From an uncultured Gammaproteobacteria bacterium (GTDB lineage: Bacteria; Patescibacteriota; Microgenomatia; UBA1406; GWC2-37-13): a stretch of DNA of 27,286 bases. The notes beneath the pieces are model-generated. The model was not told where the DNA came from, searched no databases, and was given only the letters and a program-made list of their open reading frames with translations. Positions 1-8,915 of the stretch are shown in pieces. Where the stretch lies: assembly GCA_964431935.1 (NCBI GenBank), contig CAYSLG010000001.1, positions 2,867 through 30,152 of the forward strand, given 5' to 3'. Every line of letters starts with the position of its first letter. Within the stretch, counting starts at the first letter, position 1. Made by a program: the position numbers and the translations under genes.

Positions 1-1221
1 CCTCAAGATTTCTTCAAGGGCAAGATTGAATTGGTAATTTTTAATATGTTCTATAAATCCTCCGGTTTCTAAGGAATACGGCAAATCTGATTCTGTTTTT
101 GTTTCAAATACAATAGTATTTTTTTCGCACAGCGTTAATACGCGGGCAACCAAATTTCCCAATCCGTTTGCAAGATCCGCATTATATACTTCCTTAAATC
201 TATTTTCGGAATAATCTCCGTCATCAAGCGAGGGAATTTCACGCAAAAGGTAATACCGCACCGCATCAACGCCATATGTTTGCACCAACGCAAAAGGATC
301 AATAACATTTCCCAGCGTCTTGCTGATTTTTTTTCCTTCAGATGTCAGAAATCCGTGGACGAAAATTTTTGTCGGCAGGGGAAGGTTTGCAGAAAGAAGC
401 ATTGCAATCCAATAAATCGCATGGAATTTGATAATATCTTTTCCCACGATATGAAAGCGATCTGCATTCTCCAGCCAGAAGGTTTGGAAGAGCTCTCCGT
501 TTTCGGAAAAATCAAGTCCGGTAATATAATTGGTAAGCGCATCAAACCAGACATACATACGTTGCGACTCGTCATTCGGAACAGGGATACCCCAGTTTTT
601 TGTGCGTTCCTTCGGTCTGGATATTGAAAAATCCTCAAGCCCCTTGCGGACAAAATTCAACACTTCTTCCTTTTTGAATTCGGGAAATATTTGTATTTCT
701 CCGTTTTGTATTTTTTTAAGAACGGTGTTTTGATAGCGCGACAATGCAAAGAAATAATTCGTTTCAGAAACAATTTCAAGCTTCCGGTTATGAAGAGAGC
801 ACATATTATCTATATATTCTTGGTCTTTATAAAATGTTTCGCAGCCAACGCAATACAATCCCTTATATTCTTTTTTGTAAATATCATTTTTGCAGCGCAT
901 CCAGAATTCTTGAGCTCCTTTTTTATGAGTATTTGACGTCGTGCGGATAAACCGGTCAAACGTAAGGTTGAGCGCAGGTTTCAGTGCAAGAAACGCCTGC
1001 GAATTTTTATCAACAAGTTCCTGCGGAGACAGTCCTTGTTTTTCCGCACTTTCAACATTTTTAATGGCGTTTTCGTCGGTGCCGATGAGAAAGAAGACAT
1101 TATTTCCGGCAAGGCGGTAGTAGCGCGCCAGTACATCTGCCTGAATCACCTCAAGAGCATAGCCGATGTGGGGCTCTGCGTTGACATAAGGGATGGAAGT
1201 GGTAATAAAAATATTCTTCAT
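1..1221 (-). CDS. metG: Methionyl-tRNA synthetase (3' end runs off the window)
   Basis: Hand translation of the minus strand from ATG at 1221: MKNIFITTSIPYVNAEPHIGY (HIGH motif), GTDENA, Zn-knuckle YCVGCE, YVWFDAL, HIVGKDIIKFHAIYW and KISKTLGNVIDP (KMSKS motif). Frame stays open to base 1 (407 codons). Absent from the ORF track because it has no stop inside the window. Confidence 0.96.
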   Translation of the reverse strand, partial: MKNIFITTSIPYVNAEPHIGYALEVIQADVLARYYRLAGNNVFFLIGTDENAIKNVESAEKQGLSPQELVDKNSQAFLALKPALNLTFDRFIRTTSNTHKKGAQEFWMRCKNDIYKKEYKGLYCVGCETFYKDQEYIDNMCSLHNRKLEIVSETNYFFALSRYQNTVLKKIQNGEIQIFPEFKKEEVLNFVRKGLEDFSISRPKERTKNWGIPVPNDESQRMYVWFDALTNYITGLDFSENGELFQTFWLENADRFHIVGKDIIKFHAIYWIAMLLSANLPLPTKIFVHGFLTSEGKKISKTLGNVIDPFALVQTYGVDAVRYYLLREIPSLDDGDYSENRFKEVYNADLANGLGNLVARVLTLCEKNTIVFETKTESDLPYSLETGGFIEHIKNYQFNLALEEILR

Positions 1222-1225
1222 TCTG

Positions 1226-1516
1226 CTATTGTACCAAAAGCCTTAAACAGGCAACAAATAAAAGCAATAATACAGTTGTAATACTATTAAAGCCCGAAAC
1301 ATAACTGAGGAAAAGAAACAAAAAAATAAACAAACAGAAAAACATGCTGTCTTTTCGTGTAAGCAGTAGAAGCAATATAAGATACGTGAGATAAGAAACC
1401 AAAAAAATAAATACAATGATAAGGTATGGAGTATCTGGGGGAATGAATATAATAAAAGAAACAGTCAAACACAACAGCAAAAATATGGAAAAATACGGCT
1501 TTGATCGTTTCAGCAT
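1226..1516 (-). CDS. Small hydrophobic membrane protein of unknown function, about 96 aa, 3-4 predicted TM segments
   Basis: ORF 1226..1540; ATG at 1516 preferred (MLKRSKPY, basic N-terminus followed by hydrophobic runs). Ends 4 nt before the metG start, consistent with an operon. No family recognised. Confidence 0.6.
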   Translation of the reverse strand: MLKRSKPYFSIFLLLCLTVSFIIFIPPDTPYLIIVFIFLVSYLTYLILLLLLTRKDSMFFCLFIFLFLFLSYVSGFNSITTVLLLLFVACLRLLVQ

Positions 1517-1523
1517 ATGGTTA

Positions 1524-1549
1524 AGCAAAAACTCTTGCAAGTTTTTGCT
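1524..1549. repeat. Perfect 10-bp inverted repeat AGCAAAAACT-N6-AGTTTTTGCT in the divergent intergenic region
   Basis: Arms at 1524-1533 and 1540-1549 are exact reverse complements. The repeat straddles the predicted rpsO -35 element. Confidence 0.85.
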
Positions 1550-1563
1550 CTATCCATTATAAT
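1535..1563 (+). promoter_or_regulatory. sigma70-type promoter of rpsO-pnp
   Basis: TTGCAA (1535-1540), 17-nt spacer, TATAAT (1558-1563); ATG lies 7 nt downstream of the -10. Confidence 0.75.
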
Positions 1564-1570
1564 CTTCGCT

Positions 1571-1840
1571 ATGGCACAAATACGAGATGATAAATTGTCA
1601 GTTATTGAGAAGTTTGCCCAAAAAAAAGGAGACACAGGATCACCGGAAGTCCAAGTGGCGCTTCTTACTCAAAAAATCAACAAACTTACCCTTCATCTTG
1701 AAATCAACAAAAAAGACAATCACTCACGAAGAGGATTATTAAAAGTTATTGCAAAACGCAGAAGAATTTTGAACTATCTTCAAAAACTGGATGGAGACAG
1801 ATACAAAAAACTTATTAAGAGCCTCGGCTTGAAGAAATAA
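1571..1840 (+). CDS. rpsO: 30S ribosomal protein S15
   Basis: 89 aa from ATG 1571 with GDTGSPEVQVALLT and HLEINKKDNHSRRGLLKVIAKRRRILNYL. Directly upstream of pnp. The ORF-track start at 1517 is an upstream extension. Confidence 0.97.
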   Translation: MAQIRDDKLSVIEKFAQKKGDTGSPEVQVALLTQKINKLTLHLEINKKDNHSRRGLLKVIAKRRRILNYLQKLDGDRYKKLIKSLGLKK

Positions 1841-1842
1841 TT

Positions 1843-3945
1843 ATGAATGTTGTTAATGATTCTATTGAAATAAACGGTAAAAAACTTACGTTCCAGATCG
1901 GAAAACTTGCTCAGGCGGTTGATACATCTGTGTATGCGGAAATGGGAGGAACTGCCGTTCTTGTTACCGTTGCGGTCGGACCGGAAAATCCTTCTTTAAA
2001 TTATTTTCCTCTCTCTGTTGAGTATGTTGAAAAACTGTATGCGGGAGGACTTATCAAAGGTTCCCGCTGGGTTAAGCGGGAAGGCCGTCCTTCGGATGAA
2101 GCGGTGTTAATAGGCAGACTTATTGATCGCTCCATCCGCCCTCTTTTCCCCAAAACATACAAAAAGCAGGTGCAGATTGTCATCACTCTTCTATCGGTTG
2201 ACGGTGAGAATGCCCCGGAAATCGTATCGGCGATTGCAACGTCGCTTGCAATTCATATCTCAAGCGTTCCGTGGGACGGCCCCATCAGCACCGGACGGGT
2301 TGGGTATGTAAAATCTCCGGAAAACGGATCGGGAAATTTGATGTTTAATCCGGCAGATGAAGAGCAGAATTTTTCCGTACTGGATTTGGTTGTCTCAACA
2401 ACCAAGGAAAAGGTTCTCATGATTGAAACAAAAGCAGAATCGGTTGATGATGCGGTTATTCAGGAAGGAATTGAAATGATAAAGAAAGAAAATAAAAAGG
2501 TTATTGAATTTATAGAATCCATGCGGGAAAAGATCGGCAAACCAAAAAGCGTTGTTCCCGAAGGAGAGCAATACGAAGAAATTATTCAGCTTATAAAAAA
2601 ACAGCATGCACAGGAAGCCGATGAAGCGGTCAAAGAAGCGGCGAAAACAGCAGGCAGCAACAGTGATTCTTTAAACAATCTTGTTGAAATAATATATGAG
2701 GCAATGGAGAAAAAATTTGACAAGAGTGTTGTCATATCCGCGATTGAAAAATACAACTACGAAAAAATTAAAAAAACCATTCTTGAAAAAAAAGTACGTC
2801 CTGACGGAAGAAAACCGGAGGACATGCGAGAAATCAAAGTAGATGTGGGACTTCTTCCCAGAACGCACGGATCGGCATTATTCCAACGGGGTCAGACGCA
2901 GGTTCTTTCCATTGTCACCCTTGGATCAACAACGCTTGAACAGCTTATTGAAGGCCCTGAAGGAAAAGAAGTCAAGCGGTATATTCATCACTATTCGGAC
3001 GGACCGTATTCGTATGGCCAGGTCGGAAGAATGTTTGGCCCAAGCCGCAGAGCAATCGGTCACGGGGCTTTGGCAGAGAAGGCTGTGGAGCCTATTCTGC
3101 CTTCAGCAGAAAAATTTCCGTATGCAATCCGCGTCGTATCAGAAATTTTATCCGAAAACGGATCATCGTCCATGGGATCGGTTTGCGGTTCTTCTCTTGC
3201 GTTGATGGATGCGGGAGTTCCTTTGAATAATGCAGTTGCAGGAGTTGCATTGGGGATAGTCTCAAAATCAGATGACGAATATGTAATATTGACAGATATT
3301 GTGGGGCTTGAAGATTTTTCCGGAGAAATGGATTTTAAAATTGCAGGGACTTTGGATGGAATTACCGCAATCCAGCTTGATGTAAAAAATAAAGGACTGA
3401 CTGCGGAAATGATTCAGAAGATTTTTGAACAAGGAAAAAAAGCACGCCTTATCATTCTGGAAAAAATGAATGCGGTTATTTCCAAACCAAAAAAAGAAGT
3501 TTCACAATACGCACCCAAAGTTATCGTATTGACTCCTCCGCAGGAAAAAATCGGAGAAATCATCGGGCCGGGCGGAAAAAATATCAGAAGCCTCATTGCA
3601 AAAACCCAGACGGAGATTAACGTCGGCGATGACGGAAAAGTAACCATTAGCGGTTTGGATAAAGAAAAAGTTGAAGAGGCCGCCAAGCTTATTGAAAACA
3701 TGACAAGAGAAATTCAAGTGGGAGAAATGTTTGAAGGAGAAGTCAAGCGCATACTTCCTTTCGGAGCGTTTGTTGAACTTATTCCCGGTAAAGAAGGCAT
3801 GGTGCATGTGTCAAAAATGGGGATGGGATATGTGAAAGATGCGCACGATGTTGTCAAAGTCGGCCAGAAAGTAAAAGTAAAGGTCAATGAAGTAGACAAT
3901 CAGGGAAGAATAAATCTGATAATGGTAAAGGAAGCTTCCAAGTAA
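1843..3945 (+). CDS. pnp: Polyribonucleotide nucleotidyltransferase (PNPase)
   Basis: Two RNase PH domains (RLIDRSIRPLFP; RRAIGHG; NGSSSMGSVCG; DIVGLEDFSGEMDFKIAG), KH domain (IIGPGGKNIR) and S1 domain (FGAFVELIPGKEGMVHVS); rpsO-pnp synteny. Confidence 0.98.
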   Translation: MNVVNDSIEINGKKLTFQIGKLAQAVDTSVYAEMGGTAVLVTVAVGPENPSLNYFPLSVEYVEKLYAGGLIKGSRWVKREGRPSDEAVLIGRLIDRSIRPLFPKTYKKQVQIVITLLSVDGENAPEIVSAIATSLAIHISSVPWDGPISTGRVGYVKSPENGSGNLMFNPADEEQNFSVLDLVVSTTKEKVLMIETKAESVDDAVIQEGIEMIKKENKKVIEFIESMREKIGKPKSVVPEGEQYEEIIQLIKKQHAQEADEAVKEAAKTAGSNSDSLNNLVEIIYEAMEKKFDKSVVISAIEKYNYEKIKKTILEKKVRPDGRKPEDMREIKVDVGLLPRTHGSALFQRGQTQVLSIVTLGSTTLEQLIEGPEGKEVKRYIHHYSDGPYSYGQVGRMFGPSRRAIGHGALAEKAVEPILPSAEKFPYAIRVVSEILSENGSSSMGSVCGSSLALMDAGVPLNNAVAGVALGIVSKSDDEYVILTDIVGLEDFSGEMDFKIAGTLDGITAIQLDVKNKGLTAEMIQKIFEQGKKARLIILEKMNAVISKPKKEVSQYAPKVIVLTPPQEKIGEIIGPGGKNIRSLIAKTQTEINVGDDGKVTISGLDKEKVEEAAKLIENMTREIQVGEMFEGEVKRILPFGAFVELIPGKEGMVHVSKMGMGYVKDAHDVVKVGQKVKVKVNEVDNQGRINLIMVKEASK

Positions 3946-3956
3946 TTACTTCTCAA

Positions 3957-4601
3957 TCAATTTTTTTCTTCTGATGGTTTTATATTATTTCTGACGGACT
4001 TATCAGAAATGACAGCGTTTACTATTTTTATTATTGCCGCCCCATGTTTGCTTGCAGAGTCTATATGCGGTGTGGTTTCTTGCGGAAAGACGAGTTTTGA
4101 AACAGTGATTTCCACTCCTTTTGATTTTTGTTTTCCCGAGGATACTATATATAAGTTTTCTTCCCCATTTTGAGTGGTAATAGTAAAGATTATTGTATCG
4201 TCATCATTATTTTTTCTCAGTCCGACTCTATATATACCAATAATCTTTGCAATTCCTGCATAAAGAGGAGCTTTGTTTTCAGCGGGTTCTCCATGAATTA
4301 CTTCAAACGTAAAACCTTTTTTAGGATAAACATGAACAGAGTATACGCAATAATGAGATGAATCATTCACAATAACGACAGTGCGTCCTTCCCTTTCCGT
4401 TGTGTTTTCAGGATAAATAATGCTGCGAAGTTTGGCATCAATTTCGTACACTTGATTGCATAGGCTAATTATTTTTTTATTTCCTCTTTCTGGTGAAGAA
4501 AGGGGAGCGATATCTTTATTAGAAAAAAGGATATTCCTCGTTAATGTAGCAAGCGTTAATCCAAATTCTATGAATCTTCTGGGTGTTGTTTCAATCCGCA
4601 T
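3957..4601 (-). CDS. Hypothetical protein, 214 aa
   Basis: Long open frame filling the pnp-ftsK gap, with TATAAT 9 nt upstream of the ATG. No motif recognised. Confidence 0.7.
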   Translation of the reverse strand: MRIETTPRRFIEFGLTLATLTRNILFSNKDIAPLSSPERGNKKIISLCNQVYEIDAKLRSIIYPENTTEREGRTVVIVNDSSHYCVYSVHVYPKKGFTFEVIHGEPAENKAPLYAGIAKIIGIYRVGLRKNNDDDTIIFTITTQNGEENLYIVSSGKQKSKGVEITVSKLVFPQETTPHIDSASKHGAAIIKIVNAVISDKSVRNNIKPSEEKN

Positions 4602-4610
4602 TATATCGCT

Positions 4611-4616
4611 ATTATA
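4611..4616 (-). promoter_or_regulatory. Putative -10 element (TATAAT) for the 3957..4601 gene
   Basis: ATTATA on the + strand; no convincing -35 at 17 nt. Confidence 0.45.
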
Positions 4617-4627
4617 CTATAAACGAT

Positions 4628-4647
4628 CTGATATGGCTTTATATCAG
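4628..4647. repeat. 7-bp inverted repeat CTGATAT-N6-ATATCAG between the divergent orphan and ftsK promoters
   Basis: Exact reverse-complement arms at 4628-4634 and 4641-4647. Confidence 0.55.
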
Positions 4648-4675
4648 CGCATAAAGGTTGAAGCGGTTGATTTTG

Positions 4676-4704
4676 TTGCATTTTTTTTCAAGCTGCACTA
4701 CAAT
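4676..4704 (+). promoter_or_regulatory. sigma70-type promoter of ftsK
   Basis: TTGCAT (4676-4681), 17-nt spacer, TACAAT (4699-4704); ATG lies 15 nt downstream. Confidence 0.65.
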
Positions 4705-4719
4705 GTAACATAATCACCT

Positions 4720-6888
4720 ATGGCACGAAGACGGTCAATTTTCAAACTGCCCTTCTCAAAAGTAAAAATAAAAATAAACAGTAAGACGATATTTAATATC
4801 ATCGGTTTTCTTTTGATATTAACCGGCATTATTACATTGTTGTCTTTTGCAAACCTCCTTTCTCCTTCGGACGCGAATGGAAAAATGCTCGCAAAAATAA
4901 ATCAGTCGTTGATTGCATTATTTGGAGGCATGTCTATTTTTATTCCTTTTATAATCCTTCTTTTTTCAGGTCATTTTTTTAACGGAAAAAAACTAAAGCT
5001 GGTTAAGCCGAATATAAGCATAGGAATTACTCTCATATTTATCGCTTTACTGGGATTTTTTAATGCCGGAGCAGGGGGGAAAAGTATATATGAAAACCTT
5101 TCGCAGGATTTTACCTCTTTTGGAGCGGTTATTATTCTTCTTGTTACTTTTTTAATCGGGTTGATTCTATTTTTAGATACGTCAGTTGATGCGTTTATTC
5201 TTTTTTTGTTGAGACTGGCAAAATCCTCTTTTTTATTCATCAAGCGGTACATACTTAGAGAGCTTCTGTATGGCAGAAAAGAATCCAGAAAAGAAGAGAA
5301 AAAAGAGCACAAAGAACATACGGACGATGTTTTTATAAAAGACGCAAAGACATTGATTCAAAAACCCGTTCCCGCAACTCAAACCGCCGCTCCCGAAAAA
5401 AAGGATTTTGTTATTAAGCCGATCATATCTACAGGTTCTGTATCATGGAATTTTCCTTCATTCAACTTTCTGGCTGATATTGCCCAAAGAGCGGCAGACA
5501 GGGGTGATGTGAATGAAAATGCGGATATTATTGAGAAAACATTGGATAGTTTTGGTATACGGGCGCGCGTTGTTGACACGAATTTCGGGCCGACCGTTAC
5601 CCAATACGCTCTTGAAATCACCCGCGGAACAAAACTTTCAAAAATTACCGCGCTTGGCAATGATCTTGCTCTTGCTCTTGCGGCTCCAACAGGCCAGGTA
5701 AGAATTGAAGCGCCGATTCCAGGACGGGCATTGGTCGGTATTGAAATACCCAATATAAAGCCGGAAATTGTAACGCTGAAAAAACTGCTTTCAGGTCCTT
5801 TATTTACGCAAAATCCCGATCCTCTGCTGGTTCCTTTGGGACTTGACGTTGCAGGAGAGCCGCAGGTTGCCAGTATCGGAAAAATGCCTCACGTACTGAT
5901 TGCCGGTACAACCGGATCAGGGAAATCGGTTATTTTAAATGCATGGATCACGACATTTCTTTATAGAACAAAACCGGATGACCTGCGCATGATTCTTGTT
6001 GATCCAAAGCGTGTTGAACTAACGTTGTATAACGGTATTCCCCATTTATTGACAGAAGTTGTTGTGGAGCCGGATAAAATTATTTCTGCTTTGCGGTGGA
6101 CTGTTGGCGAGATGGAAGCACGGTATAAAGAATTTTCAAAAGCAGGCGTACGGAATCTTGAGGGATATAATCAGATAGAGGGTATTGAAAAAAAGCCATA
6201 TATTTTATTTGTTATTGACGAACTTGCGGATCTTATGATTTTTGCGCCGGGTGATGCAGAAGAGTTGATTACGCGTATTGCCCAGATGGCGCGTGCAACC
6301 GGTATTCATCTTATTCTTGCAACGCAAAGGCCGTCGGTTGATGTCATCACCGGCCTGATGAAGGCGAATGTTCCGACACGCCTTGCTTTCAACGTATCAT
6401 CTATGATTGATTCGCGCGTCATCATTGATATGCCGGGTGCTGAAAAACTGCTTGGAAAAGGAGATATGCTGTATCTTCCGCCGGACCAGGCAAAACCAAA
6501 GCGTATCCAAGGCCCTTTTATTACGGAGAAGGAAGTCAATCAGGTTGTACATTTCCTGAAATCCCAGACTCCCGAAGTTCACTATACGTCCGAAATCACC
6601 GAGCAGGAATCTGTTTCTTTCAAAAGAGGAGGAACGATGATTGTGGGCTCTGACGATAACAACGATCCATTGTTCAAGCAATCGGTTGAAATTATTTCGC
6701 AATTTGACAAAGCATCGGCATCTCTTTTGCAAAGGAGGCTCTCTATCGGATATGCAAGAGCAGCGCGGATTCTTGATCAGCTTGAGGCAGCCGGTCATGT
6801 AAGTCCCGCCGAAGGCTCAAAACCAAGAACAGTAGTAAAAAGACCTAATGTTCAAGAGGAAGTCCAAGAAGAGATTATAAGCGAATAA
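4720..6888 (+). CDS. ftsK: DNA translocase FtsK/SpoIIIE
   Basis: N-terminal multi-TM domain, short linker, RIEAPIPG, Walker A GTTGSGKS, Walker B ILFVIDELADLM, GIHLILATQRPSVDVITG, and gamma domain ASASLLQRRLSIGYARAARILDQLE. Confidence 0.97.
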   Translation: MARRRSIFKLPFSKVKIKINSKTIFNIIGFLLILTGIITLLSFANLLSPSDANGKMLAKINQSLIALFGGMSIFIPFIILLFSGHFFNGKKLKLVKPNISIGITLIFIALLGFFNAGAGGKSIYENLSQDFTSFGAVIILLVTFLIGLILFLDTSVDAFILFLLRLAKSSFLFIKRYILRELLYGRKESRKEEKKEHKEHTDDVFIKDAKTLIQKPVPATQTAAPEKKDFVIKPIISTGSVSWNFPSFNFLADIAQRAADRGDVNENADIIEKTLDSFGIRARVVDTNFGPTVTQYALEITRGTKLSKITALGNDLALALAAPTGQVRIEAPIPGRALVGIEIPNIKPEIVTLKKLLSGPLFTQNPDPLLVPLGLDVAGEPQVASIGKMPHVLIAGTTGSGKSVILNAWITTFLYRTKPDDLRMILVDPKRVELTLYNGIPHLLTEVVVEPDKIISALRWTVGEMEARYKEFSKAGVRNLEGYNQIEGIEKKPYILFVIDELADLMIFAPGDAEELITRIAQMARATGIHLILATQRPSVDVITGLMKANVPTRLAFNVSSMIDSRVIIDMPGAEKLLGKGDMLYLPPDQAKPKRIQGPFITEKEVNQVVHFLKSQTPEVHYTSEITEQESVSFKRGGTMIVGSDDNNDPLFKQSVEIISQFDKASASLLQRRLSIGYARAARILDQLEAAGHVSPAEGSKPRTVVKRPNVQEEVQEEIISE

Positions 6889-6905
6889 TTTACATGAAGG
6901 TAGTT

Positions 6906-7907
6906 CTATAAGGTTATATTTGATTCCACAAAAATAATTCTGTCTGCAATGTCTTCTCCAAAAAAACGAGCTAATGCAATAAGATTCCTTTTATAGGTAT
7001 CATACGCTTGCTTCATTTCTTCAATAGAGCCGGAGTCGGTTTTTGATTTTGCAATTTCACGACCTAAGCGGAGAAGTTTTAATAAGCATCTTGGCAAAAG
7101 ATGTTTTCTAACAGATTGGTTTATTTTTTCTCTATCCTCAGGGCTTAAAAATTCATTCCCGATGATATTGAGTGATTTGGACAAAGCGATAAGAGTATCT
7201 TCAGGTGAAGTATTTGCCGTATTGGAGTCTTGACTAAGGAGTTTTTCCACTCTTTTTTTGTAAAACATAACAAGATGCTTATCAATAAATGTTTTATCAA
7301 GAGCAGATCCTGCTTCTTTCATAAGAGCATGAGCTCCGTTAAGATAGGCAATGGCGATTTCTTCAAAATAAGGATCAACATCAGGAATGAGGAAAATAGA
7401 AGTTCTAGATGCTCTGATGTAATCTTTTACCAGTATTAATGTAAGAAAATCATCGGCACTACTTGATATATCTTGCTGATCTGAAAGAACTGTATTTCTA
7501 AAAGTAACAAATTCTGAAGCTCCTTTTTTATGTGATACATTGTGTCTTGCGCTTTCAACAAAATCTATAATAAAATCGAAGAATGTTTTTCCTGATTGGG
7601 TAATCATTTCATCAATCTCAGGCATAGTTGGAATATAGGTAATTTGCGGATTACCTGTTTTATAGTGGAATCCTAAGGAGAAACTATATTGGATAGGTAT
7701 GAGCTCAGAAGAAGATGGTTTCTGTAATTGTGGAGCTGTGTTATGTATTAAATTAATAAAGATTCCGGCGTTTAATAGACGGAGCAAAGTCTTTTGAAGA
7801 AGAAACGATTCAACAATCCCCTTTTTTCTTCTATCAGATAATTCTTGCAGATATGGTTTTATTGGCGTTACACCGCTTCTTGAAAGAATGTCTTTAGCCC
7901 TTTCCAT
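6906..7907 (-). CDS. Hypothetical protein, 333 aa, probably soluble and largely helical
   Basis: Long open frame; TATAAT 8 nt upstream of the ATG; lower GC than ftsK in hand-counted lines. No motif recognised. Confidence 0.75.
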   Translation of the reverse strand: MERAKDILSRSGVTPIKPYLQELSDRRKKGIVESFLLQKTLLRLLNAGIFINLIHNTAPQLQKPSSSELIPIQYSFSLGFHYKTGNPQITYIPTMPEIDEMITQSGKTFFDFIIDFVESARHNVSHKKGASEFVTFRNTVLSDQQDISSSADDFLTLILVKDYIRASRTSIFLIPDVDPYFEEIAIAYLNGAHALMKEAGSALDKTFIDKHLVMFYKKRVEKLLSQDSNTANTSPEDTLIALSKSLNIIGNEFLSPEDREKINQSVRKHLLPRCLLKLLRLGREIAKSKTDSGSIEEMKQAYDTYKRNLIALARFFGEDIADRIIFVESNITL

Positions 7908-7915
7908 AAAGATAA

Positions 7916-7921
7916 ATTATA
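7916..7921 (-). promoter_or_regulatory. Putative -10 element (TATAAT) for the 6906..7907 gene
   Basis: ATTATA on the + strand, 8 nt from the start codon; -35 is weak. Confidence 0.45.
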
Positions 7922-7953
7922 CACCAAGCCATTTTTTTATAAGGAGATTTTAT

Positions 7954-8907
7954 TTACCGCAGATATTTTTGAATATTCACATTGTGTTCTTCAAGAGTTT
8001 CCGCATAGTGTATATTGCCTGATGTATCGGAAAGGTAATACCAGTACTGTGTTGATCCGTTGGCATTTGCGGCAGCCTGTAGTGAGGCGAGCCCGGGATT
8101 ACTGATCGGACCCGGCGGAAGACCGGTGTTTTTATAGGTGTTATATGGAGATTTGATTGCCAGATCATCAAGTGTCAGATTTTTTTTCCACCATGTTTTT
8201 TCATTCGGCTGATATCCTGCCGCGTATTGAACCGCTGCATCAATCTGCAAAGGCCAGTCGTTTTTCATTCTTTTTACTATAATATTTGCCACTGTCAATC
8301 TGTCCTCGTCGCGCCTTACCTCCCGCTCAACAAGTGAAGCGAGCGTTACTATTTGATGTTTGGTAAGCGACGTATTTGCCTTTGAAATACCGCTGAATTT
8401 ATTTTCAAAATTATTCTGAAAAATTGAAACAATCATCTCCGCGGTTGCCGTCTTGGGAATAAGATAAGTATCAGGAAATAAATATCCTTCCGGAGCGCGC
8501 TGTATAAATTCAATTTCAGGTATGTCAAAATTTTTGCTTATGACGCTTGCTATTTCTTCTCTTCTCAATCCTTCAATAACAGTAGTCCACACATCCAGCG
8601 TGCCATGGGTAAGCGTTTTTGCAATGTCATGTGCGCTCATAGAAGGGGAAAGCCGGAAATCCCCAGCCTGTATGCTTTTTTCAATACCAAGCTGTTTAAC
8701 GACAATATAGAATACAATTCTGTTTCTGATAAGGGATTCGCTTGCAAGGTTTTTGATAATTGCATTAAGTCCATCGCCCTTTCTTATAACAAAAATTTTT
8801 GTTTCGGTTTTTGCCCTGTCAACAGGAAGCGCTCCTTCACGATAAATAAGGTAAAGAAATAATGTGCTCATTACTATGGCGGTAAGAAAAATAAAAATTT
8901 TTTTCAT
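7954..8907 (-). CDS. mltG: Endolytic transglycosylase MltG (YceG family)
   Basis: N-terminal membrane anchor, IQAGDFRL, EGYLFPDTY, LASLVERE (catalytic Glu), LQIDAAVQY, SPYNTYKNTGLPPGPISNPG. Confidence 0.95.
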   Translation of the reverse strand: MKKIFIFLTAIVMSTLFLYLIYREGALPVDRAKTETKIFVIRKGDGLNAIIKNLASESLIRNRIVFYIVVKQLGIEKSIQAGDFRLSPSMSAHDIAKTLTHGTLDVWTTVIEGLRREEIASVISKNFDIPEIEFIQRAPEGYLFPDTYLIPKTATAEMIVSIFQNNFENKFSGISKANTSLTKHQIVTLASLVEREVRRDEDRLTVANIIVKRMKNDWPLQIDAAVQYAAGYQPNEKTWWKKNLTLDDLAIKSPYNTYKNTGLPPGPISNPGLASLQAAANANGSTQYWYYLSDTSGNIHYAETLEEHNVNIQKYLR

Positions 8908-8915
8908 TTTATATT

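Noticed and set aside
280-1281. Short ORFs in the track over 280-1281 (both strands)
   Set aside because: They are shadows of metG, which occupies 1-1221 on the minus strand with clear HIGH and KMSKS motifs.
5666-5690. CTTGCT x3 hexamer repeat in ftsK
   Set aside because: It encodes the conserved DLALAL segment of FtsK, so protein constraint explains it.
6306-6798. Antisense ORFs within ftsK, and similar ones in pnp, murJ, murC and mltG
   Set aside because: They overlap well-supported genes completely, lack motifs, and are expected from codon bias.
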